Source: an uncultured bacterium (GTDB taxonomy: Bacteria > Bacillota > Clostridia > Oscillospirales > CAG-272). Taken from it: a stretch of 64,000 nucleotides of DNA. Under the pieces are notes generated by a model. That model saw nothing but the letters and a program-made list of their open reading frames with translations. It was not told where the DNA came from and did no database searches. Location of the stretch: NCBI GenBank assembly GCA_949282345.1, contig CASDOQ010000053.1, positions 37,720 through 101,719 on the forward strand, in the 5' to 3' direction. A program made the translations under genes and the position numbers. The first letter of the stretch is position 1. The number at the start of each line of letters is the position of its first letter. This document shows, in pieces, positions 56,925 to 64,000 of the stretch.

Positions 56925-57614
56925 ATGACCGATACAAAATTGTTGATCGTGGATGATGACACCAACATCTGCGACATGATGCGCCTCTATTTTGAAAACG
57001 AAGGATATAAGGTGAAGCTCGCCTATGACGGCGTAGAGGCTCTCAACGCCTTCCGCGCATTCGACCCCGATATCGTCCTGCTTGACATCATGATGCCCAA
57101 AAAGGACGGACGCCAGGTCTGCCGGGAGATCCGCGAGATCTCGCAAAAGCCGATCATCATGGTAACGGCAAAGGGCGAGGTTTTTGATAAGGTTCTGGGG
57201 CTTGAACTCGGCGCGGATGACTTCGTGATCAAACCCTTTGACCTGAACGAGCTTTCCGCCCGCATCAAGGCCGTCCTGCGGCGGTACAATGCGCACAGCA
57301 ACACAGGGGAGGAAGTGGTACGCTTCGAAAACATTGAGATCAGCCGTCAGAAATACGAGTTGAGGATCAAGGACAAGCCGATCGATATTCCGCCGAAAGA
57401 ACTGGAGCTTCTTTATTTCCTTGCATCCCACTGCAATATCGTCTATACGCGTGACCAGTTGCTTGATAAAGTATGGGGATTTGAATATTACGGGGACAGC
57501 CGCACGGTAGACGTCCACGTCAAACGTCTCCGTGAGAAACTGGAGGGCGTTTCCGATAAATGGACCCTGAAGACCGTTTGGGGCGTAGGATACAAATTTG
57601 AGACCCTGCAATGA
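56925..57614 (+). CDS. OmpR/PhoB-family response regulator (WalR-like), no adjacent kinase
   Basis: Receiver domain with LLIVDDD, LLDIMMPKKDG (phospho-Asp), MVTAKG and VIKPF, plus a winged-helix C-domain (VWGFEYYGDSRTVDVHVKRLREKL). Confidence 0.9.
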   Translation: MTDTKLLIVDDDTNICDMMRLYFENEGYKVKLAYDGVEALNAFRAFDPDIVLLDIMMPKKDGRQVCREIREISQKPIIMVTAKGEVFDKVLGLELGADDFVIKPFDLNELSARIKAVLRRYNAHSNTGEEVVRFENIEISRQKYELRIKDKPIDIPPKELELLYFLASHCNIVYTRDQLLDKVWGFEYYGDSRTVDVHVKRLREKLEGVSDKWTLKTVWGVGYKFETLQ

Positions 57615-57713
57615 TCTGCGACAAAAAGACGGCTCAAAGGCCGTCTTTCCGTTTTTGTGAAAAAGTTTACCGCCGACAAAACAAACCACATCGAACGACT
57701 TTGGAGGAAAAAT

Positions 57714-58859
57714 ATGAATCCCAAAAAGGTGATGCAAGCCGTCGATCTGCACTATGATCGCTATATAGACTTTTTGTGCGGGATCTGCGCTTTTGAGGCC
57801 AGAGCATACGATAAGCTCGTCATCGACCAAATGGCCGACTACATTTCGGAATTCTGCGAACAAGAGGGTTTCTCCGTCACACGCTTCCCTTTTGAAAAGT
57901 GCGGTGATTTTCTGACCGTTGACCTGAATCCCGGTGCGGAAAAATCCTGTCTTCTTCTCGCGCACATGGACACCGTACACGAAAAAGGAGTCTTCGGAGA
58001 TCCGCCTGTTTCACGGCAGGGAGATCTCATCCGTGCCCCCGGAGTCAATGACTGCAAGGGCGGGATCGCCGTGGCACTGCTGATGATGCGGGCGCTCCGC
58101 GATGTCGGATTTGAAAAACACGTCCGCCTGCTGCTGACCTCCGATGAAGAGGTCTCCAATATACTGGGCGGCGAGGAGGAACAACGCTTTTTGCGCGACC
58201 GATCCGCCGGTTTCGCCTGCGCGCTGAACTGCGAAGTCTCGGAAAACGATCAAGTGGTCGTCTCCCGCAAGGGAATCCTGCGCTATCGGATCGATATAAC
58301 GGGGGTCCCCGGTCATTCGGGCAAACATTATTTTGATTGCAAAAACCCGATCGTCGAAGCCGCCCATAAGATCCTTGCACTTGAAGCAAAAAGTCAGAAG
58401 AAGCGAACGACTTTCAGTTGTAACGTCATAAACGGCGGCGATGTGGCAAACATCATCCCGAAGACCTGTTCCTTCACGGTCGATATCCGCATTCCCGACC
58501 GCCCCGGGATGGAATCCGCCGCGCAAGCCGTCCAGGAGATCACGGAGACCTCTTTCCTCCCGGGGACGAGTGCGGTATATACCCTGCTCAGTTCCAGACC
58601 GCCCATGGAAAAGAGCAACGCCACCCTGGCGCTCTTTCATCAGATGAGAGAACTTTCCCTGCAATGCGGCCTCGGAGATCTGATCCCGATTGAATCCGGC
58701 GCCGGATCCGACTCCTGTTATACGCAAATGGCGGGGATCGCTTCGATCTGCGGCCTCGGCCCTTGCGGCGGCGGCTGTCACACGACAGAAGAATTCGTGA
58801 TTGCGTCAAGCGTTGCAAAAAGGGCAAAAATCTTGGCTGTATTTGCTCTGCATATATGA
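57714..58859 (+). CDS. M20-family metallopeptidase (carboxypeptidase G2 / glutamate carboxypeptidase-like)
   Basis: Contains LLLAHMDTVH, GVNDCKGG and LLLTSDEEV metal-ligand blocks. Start at ATG 57714 behind GGAGG. Confidence 0.8.
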   Translation: MNPKKVMQAVDLHYDRYIDFLCGICAFEARAYDKLVIDQMADYISEFCEQEGFSVTRFPFEKCGDFLTVDLNPGAEKSCLLLAHMDTVHEKGVFGDPPVSRQGDLIRAPGVNDCKGGIAVALLMMRALRDVGFEKHVRLLLTSDEEVSNILGGEEEQRFLRDRSAGFACALNCEVSENDQVVVSRKGILRYRIDITGVPGHSGKHYFDCKNPIVEAAHKILALEAKSQKKRTTFSCNVINGGDVANIIPKTCSFTVDIRIPDRPGMESAAQAVQEITETSFLPGTSAVYTLLSSRPPMEKSNATLALFHQMRELSLQCGLGDLIPIESGAGSDSCYTQMAGIASICGLGPCGGGCHTTEEFVIASSVAKRAKILAVFALHI

Positions 58860-58901
58860 TTCTTTCTTTGCTTTCCAGATTCTCGTTTTCTTCTCTCCAT
58901 C

Positions 58902-58932
58902 AAAAAAAGGCGACCCTCCGGCCGCCTTTTTG
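58902..58932. terminator. Bidirectional rho-independent terminator (M20 / prs convergent)
   Basis: AAAAAAA-GGCGACC-CTCC-GGCCGCC-TTTTT, with one mismatch in the stem. Confidence 0.6.
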
Positions 58933-58946
58933 CTTTTTGTTGCTTT

Positions 58947-60071
58947 TTACTGCTTTCCGATCTTTTTGTTATGCTCGGTGATCAATTTGCGGATGCGCTT
59001 AGACTGGTCAAGCAGACCCGAGACACTCTGATCGTGGTTGAGCGTATCAATGATATATGCAACATATTTGCACATATTGACCTCGTGATACCACGGCCGT
59101 GCGAGAAGTTCCGGGGTACGGTAGATCAGGTTGGTCGTCATGATACGGGTAAAGAGCCCCTCTTCATATGCCTTGTCCATCATGGAAAGACCGTTGCAGA
59201 AAAGGCCGAACGCTGTAAAGATGAAGATCCGGTTGGCTCCGCGTTCCTTCAACTGAGTGGCAACGTCGATCATTGACTCGCCGGACGAGATCATATCGTC
59301 CACCACGATCACGTCCATCCCGTTCGGATTATGACCAAGGTATTCATGCGCTTCGATCGGGTTCTTTCCGTCGATGATGACCGAATAGTTGCGGCGTTTG
59401 TAGAAGGTACCGAGGTCGATGCCGAGCATCGAGGAATAATACATACACCGGCCCATCGCCCCCTCGTCCGGCGAAACGATCATGATCTTTTCTTTGTCAA
59501 AATCAATATCCGGATACTCGGCAACGAGCGCCTTGATCATCTGATAGGTGGAGCGAAAATTATCAAAACTGCAAAGCGGGATGGCGTTCTGGACGCGGGT
59601 ATCGTGCACATCGAAAGTAATGAAATTGGAAACCCCCATCTGGGAAAGTTCCTGAAGCGCAATGGCGCAGTCCAGCGATTCGCGGCTGGTGCGCTTATGC
59701 TGACGGCCTTCGTAGAGCATGGGCATCAGCACCGTGATGCGTTTGGCCTTGCCGCCGATGGCGCCGATGATACGTTTGATATCCTGAAAATGATCGTCGG
59801 GGCTCATCGGCACCGTCTGCCCGTACATATTGAAGGTGACGCCGTGATTGAAAACGTCCGCAATGATATAGACATCTCGGTTCCGCATGGAATCCCGGAT
59901 AAGGCCCTTGCCTTCCCCACTTCCGAAACGCGGGCAGCTTGCCTCCGCGATAAAAGTTCCCTCGCTGTCATGCCGACGCCACTCCTGAATGTAGGAATCC
60001 ACCTGCTCCACGAATTCCTCACATCCACGCATGGCGATGATACTCAGATCTCCGTACGCGCTCTCTTTCAT
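58947..60071 (-). CDS. prs: Ribose-phosphate pyrophosphokinase (PRPP synthetase), long form
   Basis: PRPP-binding loop VIVVDDMISSGES. Flexible loop and divalent-cation blocks are also present. Start set to ATG 60071, because TTG 60110 lies inside the -10 box and ATG 60098 has no SD. Confidence 0.85.
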   Translation of the reverse strand: MKESAYGDLSIIAMRGCEEFVEQVDSYIQEWRRHDSEGTFIAEASCPRFGSGEGKGLIRDSMRNRDVYIIADVFNHGVTFNMYGQTVPMSPDDHFQDIKRIIGAIGGKAKRITVLMPMLYEGRQHKRTSRESLDCAIALQELSQMGVSNFITFDVHDTRVQNAIPLCSFDNFRSTYQMIKALVAEYPDIDFDKEKIMIVSPDEGAMGRCMYYSSMLGIDLGTFYKRRNYSVIIDGKNPIEAHEYLGHNPNGMDVIVVDDMISSGESMIDVATQLKERGANRIFIFTAFGLFCNGLSMMDKAYEEGLFTRIMTTNLIYRTPELLARPWYHEVNMCKYVAYIIDTLNHDQSVSGLLDQSKRIRKLITEHNKKIGKQ

Positions 60072-60109
60072 TTCCGAACGTCCCCCGTAATCATTCATTT
60101 TGCATATCA

Positions 60110-60138
60110 ATTATACCGAATGTCCCGGGGCTTGTCAA
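60110..60138 (-). promoter_or_regulatory. Consensus SigA promoter of prs
   Basis: The minus strand reads TTGACA-17 nt-TATAAT, a perfect consensus. Confidence 0.65.
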
Positions 60139-60170
60139 GAGAGACCGGGCGGAAATAGACTTTTTTTCCA

Positions 60171-60232
60171 GTGCTTTTTTCCTTTTTCCCGGTGCCTTTT
60201 TCCTTTTTCCCGGTACTTTTTCTTTTTTTCGG
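60171..60232. repeat. Three tandem ~21-bp polypyrimidine/A-tract repeats
   Basis: GTGCTTTTTTCCTTTTTCCCG / GTGCCTTTTTCCTTTTTCCCG / GTACTTTTTCTTTTTTTCGG. The first two units differ at 1 of 21 positions. Confidence 0.9.
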
Positions 60233-60239
60233 ATCAGGC

Positions 60240-60267
60240 ACCCCCGGGGAACCCGCCGCATATACTA
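60240..60267 (+). promoter_or_regulatory. Mother-cell-type (SigK/SigE-like) promoter candidate
   Basis: AC-17 nt-CATATACTA fits the remembered SigK pattern AC-16/17-CATAnnnTA. It lies 28 nt upstream of ATG 60295, with a GGAGG RBS in between. Confidence 0.3.
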
Positions 60268-60294
60268 TATTATCTCTTTACCGGAGGATTCACC

Positions 60295-60747
60295 ATGCCT
60301 GAAAACGAAATTCCAGAAGTCACCGGGGCCGGGGAGGACCCCGGCTACCTCATTACCTTCGTCCGTACGGCGAGAGGATTTGTCCCGCTGGAGGGGGCCG
60401 ACGTCCGCATCAGCGGCGCCGAGGAAGTCAATCGGAACGTCTTTTTCCTCGTCACAAGCGACAGGAGCGGTCTGACCGCCAAGATCGCACTTCCCGCTCC
60501 CCCGATCGCCCTCTCCCAATCCCCGGGGAACCCGCCGGGATATCTGCGCTATAATCTGCAGGTCTTCAAAGAAGGTTTTTACGTCAATACCTTTCTGAAT
60601 CTGCCGATTTTCCCGACTGTGACTTCGATTCAGCAGATCGATATGATCCCGTATTCCGAGTACGATCCTCTCCGGAACCGACCGACCGATGAACTGCTGG
60701 TCGTGGACCGGGAACCGCTGATTCTCTCGGAGGGGCGCAATGGCTGA
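60295..60747 (+). CDS. Hypothetical small protein, carboxypeptidase-regulatory-like beta-sandwich suspected
   Basis: 150 aa. Start at ATG 60295 behind GGAGG. YLITFVRTARGFVPLEGADVRISG...YNLQVFKEGFY resembles CarboxypepD_reg-type repeats. The upstream ORF-track part covers the repeat array. Confidence 0.45.
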   Translation: MPENEIPEVTGAGEDPGYLITFVRTARGFVPLEGADVRISGAEEVNRNVFFLVTSDRSGLTAKIALPAPPIALSQSPGNPPGYLRYNLQVFKEGFYVNTFLNLPIFPTVTSIQQIDMIPYSEYDPLRNRPTDELLVVDREPLILSEGRNG

Positions 60748-62140
60748 TCTGTTTCCCTACATTCCGGCAACCATCACCGTGCATCTCGGCGCGCCCAGCT
60801 CGAACGCCGCCAACGTGATGGTCTCCTTCCCGGATTATATCAAGAACGTGGCTTCCAGCGAAGTCTTTCCCACCTGGCCGGAAAGCTCCCTGCGCGCCAA
60901 CATCCACGCGCAAATCTCTTTCGCGCTGAACCGCGTTTATACCGAGTTTTATTACAGCCAGGGATATGATTTTCAGATCACGAACCTCACCGCCTTTGAT
61001 CAGGCGTTTGTGGACGGAAGAAACTTTTTTGAAAACGTCTCGCGTATCGTGGATGAGATCTTTGATTCCTATATCCGCCGCATAGGTCGCGTGGAACCGC
61101 TCTTTGCCGCTTACTGCGACGGCATCCGGGTGAGCTGCAACGGTCTTTCCCAATGGGGGAGCGTTTCGCTGGCGGAAAACGGATTCTCGCCCATTGAGAT
61201 CCTACGGAACTATTATGGGGGGAATATCGAAATTGTGACCAATGTTCCTGTACGAAGCACGGGCGGAAGCGCCCCGGAAATCCCTCTCCGGCGTGGCAGC
61301 GTCGGAAACGACGTACAACTTCTTCAGGTACGTCTGAACCGGATCTCTGCCAATTTCCCCGAAATACCGAAGATCTACCCGGTAAACGGAATCTTCAACG
61401 AAAACACCGAAAACGCCGTGCTCACTTTTCAACGGCTGTTCGGCCTTTCCGAAGATGGGGTGGTCGGGCCGAGCACGTGGTACTCCGTCCTCTACGTTTA
61501 TAACGGCGTAAAACGCCTCAGCGACCTCAATTCCGAGGGGCTCCTGATCGAAGAGCTTCCCTCTCCTTATCCGAGCGTTCTGTCAGAGGGGGAGCAGGGA
61601 GTAGGGGTCAGGGTATTGCAATACTATCTGGACTATATCGCGCAGTTCATAAACACCGTCCCCTCCGTCACGATCGACGGGGATTTCGGTCCTGAGACGA
61701 GGGCTGCCGTCCTCGCGTTTCAGAGAGCCTACGGACTGACGCCGGACGGAATCGTTGGTCCCGAGACCTGGGATGTGCTCTACAACACCTATCTCGGCAT
61801 GATCGCCTCGGTTCCGCCCGTCTATGTGGAAGGGCGTCCTCTCCCCTTTCCCGGGAACACCTTGACGCTCAACGATACCGGCGAGGACGTACGTCTGCTT
61901 CAGGAATATCTTTCTTTTATTGCGCAATACTATCCCGAAATCCCCGCGCCGAATCCCGACGGCGTGTTCGGCCCCGTAACCGAGGCAGCCGTGATCGCCT
62001 TTCAACGGATCTTTGCGCCGTCTCTCCCTGCGGGCGTGGTCGGCGCGGCCACATGGGATATCATCACGACGATTTACGAAGACCTCTATCTCGGAAGCCG
62101 GGTAAGCCCGGGACAATATCCGGGATATACCATCGGTTAG
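60740..62140 (+). CDS. SpoIID/LytB-like domain protein with three PG_binding_1 repeats (SleC-like putative cortex-lytic enzyme)
   Basis: The N-domain has YIKNVASSEVFPTWPESSLRANIHAQISFALNRVY and AYCDG...CNGLSQWGSVSLAENGFSPIEILRNYYGGNIEI. Three ~70-aa repeats follow, each ending DG(V/I)VGPxTW. 8-nt overlap with the upstream gene. Confidence 0.6.
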   Translation: MADLFPYIPATITVHLGAPSSNAANVMVSFPDYIKNVASSEVFPTWPESSLRANIHAQISFALNRVYTEFYYSQGYDFQITNLTAFDQAFVDGRNFFENVSRIVDEIFDSYIRRIGRVEPLFAAYCDGIRVSCNGLSQWGSVSLAENGFSPIEILRNYYGGNIEIVTNVPVRSTGGSAPEIPLRRGSVGNDVQLLQVRLNRISANFPEIPKIYPVNGIFNENTENAVLTFQRLFGLSEDGVVGPSTWYSVLYVYNGVKRLSDLNSEGLLIEELPSPYPSVLSEGEQGVGVRVLQYYLDYIAQFINTVPSVTIDGDFGPETRAAVLAFQRAYGLTPDGIVGPETWDVLYNTYLGMIASVPPVYVEGRPLPFPGNTLTLNDTGEDVRLLQEYLSFIAQYYPEIPAPNPDGVFGPVTEAAVIAFQRIFAPSLPAGVVGAATWDIITTIYEDLYLGSRVSPGQYPGYTIG

Positions 62141-62147
62141 GAGGAAT

Positions 62148-62711
62148 ATGATGACCGTCAGCAATGAAAAAGATGCCATCCGGCAGATACAGACCTTTCT
62201 CTTAGAACTGCACTACAGCGAGGGCTATCTTCCCGCCGTGCATATCGACGGCACATACGGGGATCTGACCCGGGAGGCCGTCTCGCTCTTTCAGGAAAGA
62301 AACCGTCTCCCCGTGACAGGGAAAGTCGATTACGAAACCTGGACCGCTCTTTACCAAGCGTACAGCCTTGAACGCAAAGAAAGGATGGAAAAACAGCGGA
62401 TTCCCCCGGACACCGCCTTCCCGGTCCGAACGGGCAACCGGGGAGAGGGAGTCCGGCTCCTGCAAAAAATGCTGAACGTATTGGCAGAACGTTATCATTT
62501 GCGCTTGCGCACCGACATAAACGGGATCTATACCTACGCCACCGCCGCACTCGTTTCGGGAATACAGAAGATCTACGACCTGCCGGAAAACGGAGAGGTA
62601 AACGCCGTCCTGTATGCCAAAATGCTCCGGGACTACGGATATCCCGACTGCATCCGATATGCCGATAACCCCAAAAAAGGCGGAGAGGAAAGCGAACCCG
62701 GCGAAAAGTGA
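62148..62711 (+). CDS. Peptidoglycan-binding-domain protein (two PG_binding_1-like repeats)
   Basis: Repeat 1 is IRQIQTFLLEL...IDGTYGDLTREAVSLFQERNRLPVTGKVDYETW. Repeat 2 is VRLLQKMLNVL...NGIYTYATAALVSGIQKIYDLPENGEV. Confidence 0.6.
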   Translation: MMTVSNEKDAIRQIQTFLLELHYSEGYLPAVHIDGTYGDLTREAVSLFQERNRLPVTGKVDYETWTALYQAYSLERKERMEKQRIPPDTAFPVRTGNRGEGVRLLQKMLNVLAERYHLRLRTDINGIYTYATAALVSGIQKIYDLPENGEVNAVLYAKMLRDYGYPDCIRYADNPKKGGEESEPGEK

Positions 62712-62774
62712 GAGTGAATAGAGGAAAAAGATTGTGTCAAGAATAGGCGAAACGAACAAGAAGGAGAAAGGGCC

Positions 62775-64000
62775 TTGACGCAGAAATTTACCTCAAAGGC
62801 GCAATCCGCCCTGAAGCACGCGGCGGGCATCGCTTCGGAACTCGGTCATACGTATATAGGAACCGAGCATCTTCTCTTCGGCCTCTCGGCAGAACGGGAG
62901 GGCGTTGCCGCCCGGGTATTGGACGGTGCCGGGGTCCATCCCGAAAAAATACGGGATGCGGCCTCGCGTTTTACCGGCATCGGCCATCAGACTTTCCCCG
63001 GAGCAGCGGATATGACCCCGCGCCTGCGGAAGCTGCTCCGGGAAAGCGGTCAGCTCCCCGGCGCTTCCACCCTCGGTCTCATCGGGACCGAGCATCTTCT
63101 GCTCGCCTTGCTCCGAATGCGCGACTGCGTTGCCGTAAAACTTCTTTCCTCCCTCGGCGTGCAGTGCGATGAAATGCGGTCGGACCTGGAGGAGATTCTC
63201 GACAGCACGCAAAAAGAAAAGAGCAAAAAATGCAATCATCAGATTGCCGAAATATGCCCCGTACTGCAAGGATTCGGGCGCGACATGACCGCCATGGCGG
63301 CCGAAGGAAGACTCGATCCCGTCATCGGTCGGGAAGAGGAGATCGCCCGTGTGATCCGGGTACTCTCCCGCCGGCAGAAAAACAATCCCTGCCTCGTGGG
63401 AGAACCCGGGGTCGGAAAGACCGCCGTAGTGGAAGGCCTGGCAGATCGGATCGTGCGGGAGCAGGTGCCGCCTCCCCTGCGGGGCAAGTTCATATTCAGC
63501 CTGGATCTCAGCTCCATGATCGCCGGGGCGAAATACCGGGGAGAATTTGAAGAACGGATGAAGAACATGGTGGAGCAACTCCGTACAACGCCCGAGATCA
63601 TCCTGTTTATCGATGAGATCCACACCATCGTCGGAGCCGGAGCGGCCGAAGGCGCGATTGATGCCGCCAACATTCTGAAACCCGCCATGTCGCGTGGTGA
63701 AATTCATGTTATCGGCGCAACCACGGCCGAGGAATATCGAAAGCATATTGAAAAAGATGCCGCCCTCGAGCGACGCTTCCAACCGATCACGGTCGAAGAG
63801 CCGTCGCACGAGCAAACGCGGGCGATCCTCTCCGGCCTGCGGGATCGTTACGAAGCACACCACGGGCTGAAGATCTCCGAAGACGCCATGGATGCCGCCA
63901 TCCTGCTTTCCGAACGCTATATCCCCGACCGCTACCTGCCGGATAAAGCTCTCGACCTTCTCGACGAGGCGGCGGCCGGACTGCGCCTCCAGAACCTGGA
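62775..64000 (+). CDS. clpC: ATP-dependent Clp protease ATP-binding subunit ClpC (N-terminal 408 codons; continues past window end)
   Basis: Not in the ORF track because there is no stop in the window. TTG start behind AAGGAGAAAG. MTQKFTSKAQSALKHAAGIASELGHTYIGTEHLLFGL is a Clp_N repeat. Also GRLDPVIGREEEI, Walker A GEPGVGKTA and ILFIDEIH. Confidence 0.85.
   Translation, partial: MTQKFTSKAQSALKHAAGIASELGHTYIGTEHLLFGLSAEREGVAARVLDGAGVHPEKIRDAASRFTGIGHQTFPGAADMTPRLRKLLRESGQLPGASTLGLIGTEHLLLALLRMRDCVAVKLLSSLGVQCDEMRSDLEEILDSTQKEKSKKCNHQIAEICPVLQGFGRDMTAMAAEGRLDPVIGREEEIARVIRVLSRRQKNNPCLVGEPGVGKTAVVEGLADRIVREQVPPPLRGKFIFSLDLSSMIAGAKYRGEFEERMKNMVEQLRTTPEIILFIDEIHTIVGAGAAEGAIDAANILKPAMSRGEIHVIGATTAEEYRKHIEKDAALERRFQPITVEEPSHEQTRAILSGLRDRYEAHHGLKISEDAMDAAILLSERYIPDRYLPDKALDLLDEAAAGLRLQNL

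Noticed and set aside
56706-57980. N-terminal 425 codons of the 789-aa ORF-track version of ychF
   Set aside because: YchF begins at [14 protein letters not shown] (ATG 56705), with its own RBS and promoter. The extension is antisense to the response regulator and M20 genes.
62793-63863. 356-aa minus-strand ORF
   Set aside because: It is antisense to the clpC frame, which shows Clp_N, Walker A/B and GRLDPVIGR blocks. clpC is missing from the ORF track only because it has no in-window stop.

Overview
This is a 64-kb core chromosomal segment from a GC-rich, spore-forming Firmicute. Gene content looks like Clostridia of the Oscillospirales type, but that is inference only. All calls rest on motif reading of the supplied translations and manual inspection of intergenic DNA; no homology search was run.

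I call 62 protein-coding genes. Two are partial and absent from the ORF track because they have no stop inside the window: xseA at the 5' edge and clpC at the 3' edge.

Most of the window is housekeeping, arranged in Bacillus-like blocks:
- nusB-(Kae1 paralog)-xseA
- rplS next to lepB-rbgA-rnhB-yraN
- M19 dipeptidase-thrC
- tig-clpP-clpX
- livJHMGF
- radA
- tilS-hpt-ftsH
- gdpP-rplI-dnaB
- recG-rarA
- a DAG-kinase-family gene followed by comEC
- ychF and prs

Sporulation markers are scattered through the window: a cwlD-like amidase, a yunB-like gene, a DUF1540 gene and a SpoIID/SleC-like cluster.

Many ORF-track starts were trimmed. The long N-terminal extensions overlap near-consensus SigA promoters (TTGACA-17-TATAAT type) or lack a ribosome-binding site. 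About 19 promoters and 14 hairpin terminators are visible. Many long ORFs antisense to real genes are artefacts of the GC-rich coding sequence. I saw no rRNA, tRNA, CRISPR array, IS element, transposon or prophage.

No obvious new defence or mobile system stands out. The loci most worth a second look are:
- A five-gene Na+-pump decarboxylase operon. It combines a catalytically divergent 12S-type carboxyltransferase with a canonical 5S-type one, sharing a single biotin carrier and pump, and its first gene has an odd start-codon context.
- A stand-alone E2-acyltransferase-fold protein whose catalytic His is replaced by Glu.
- A neighbouring EF-G II paralog with altered GTPase motifs.
- A trigger factor with an 85-aa histone-H1-like Lys/Ala tail.
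- A phased 21-bp A-tract repeat array between prs and a cortex-lytic-like operon that carries five PG-binding modules.
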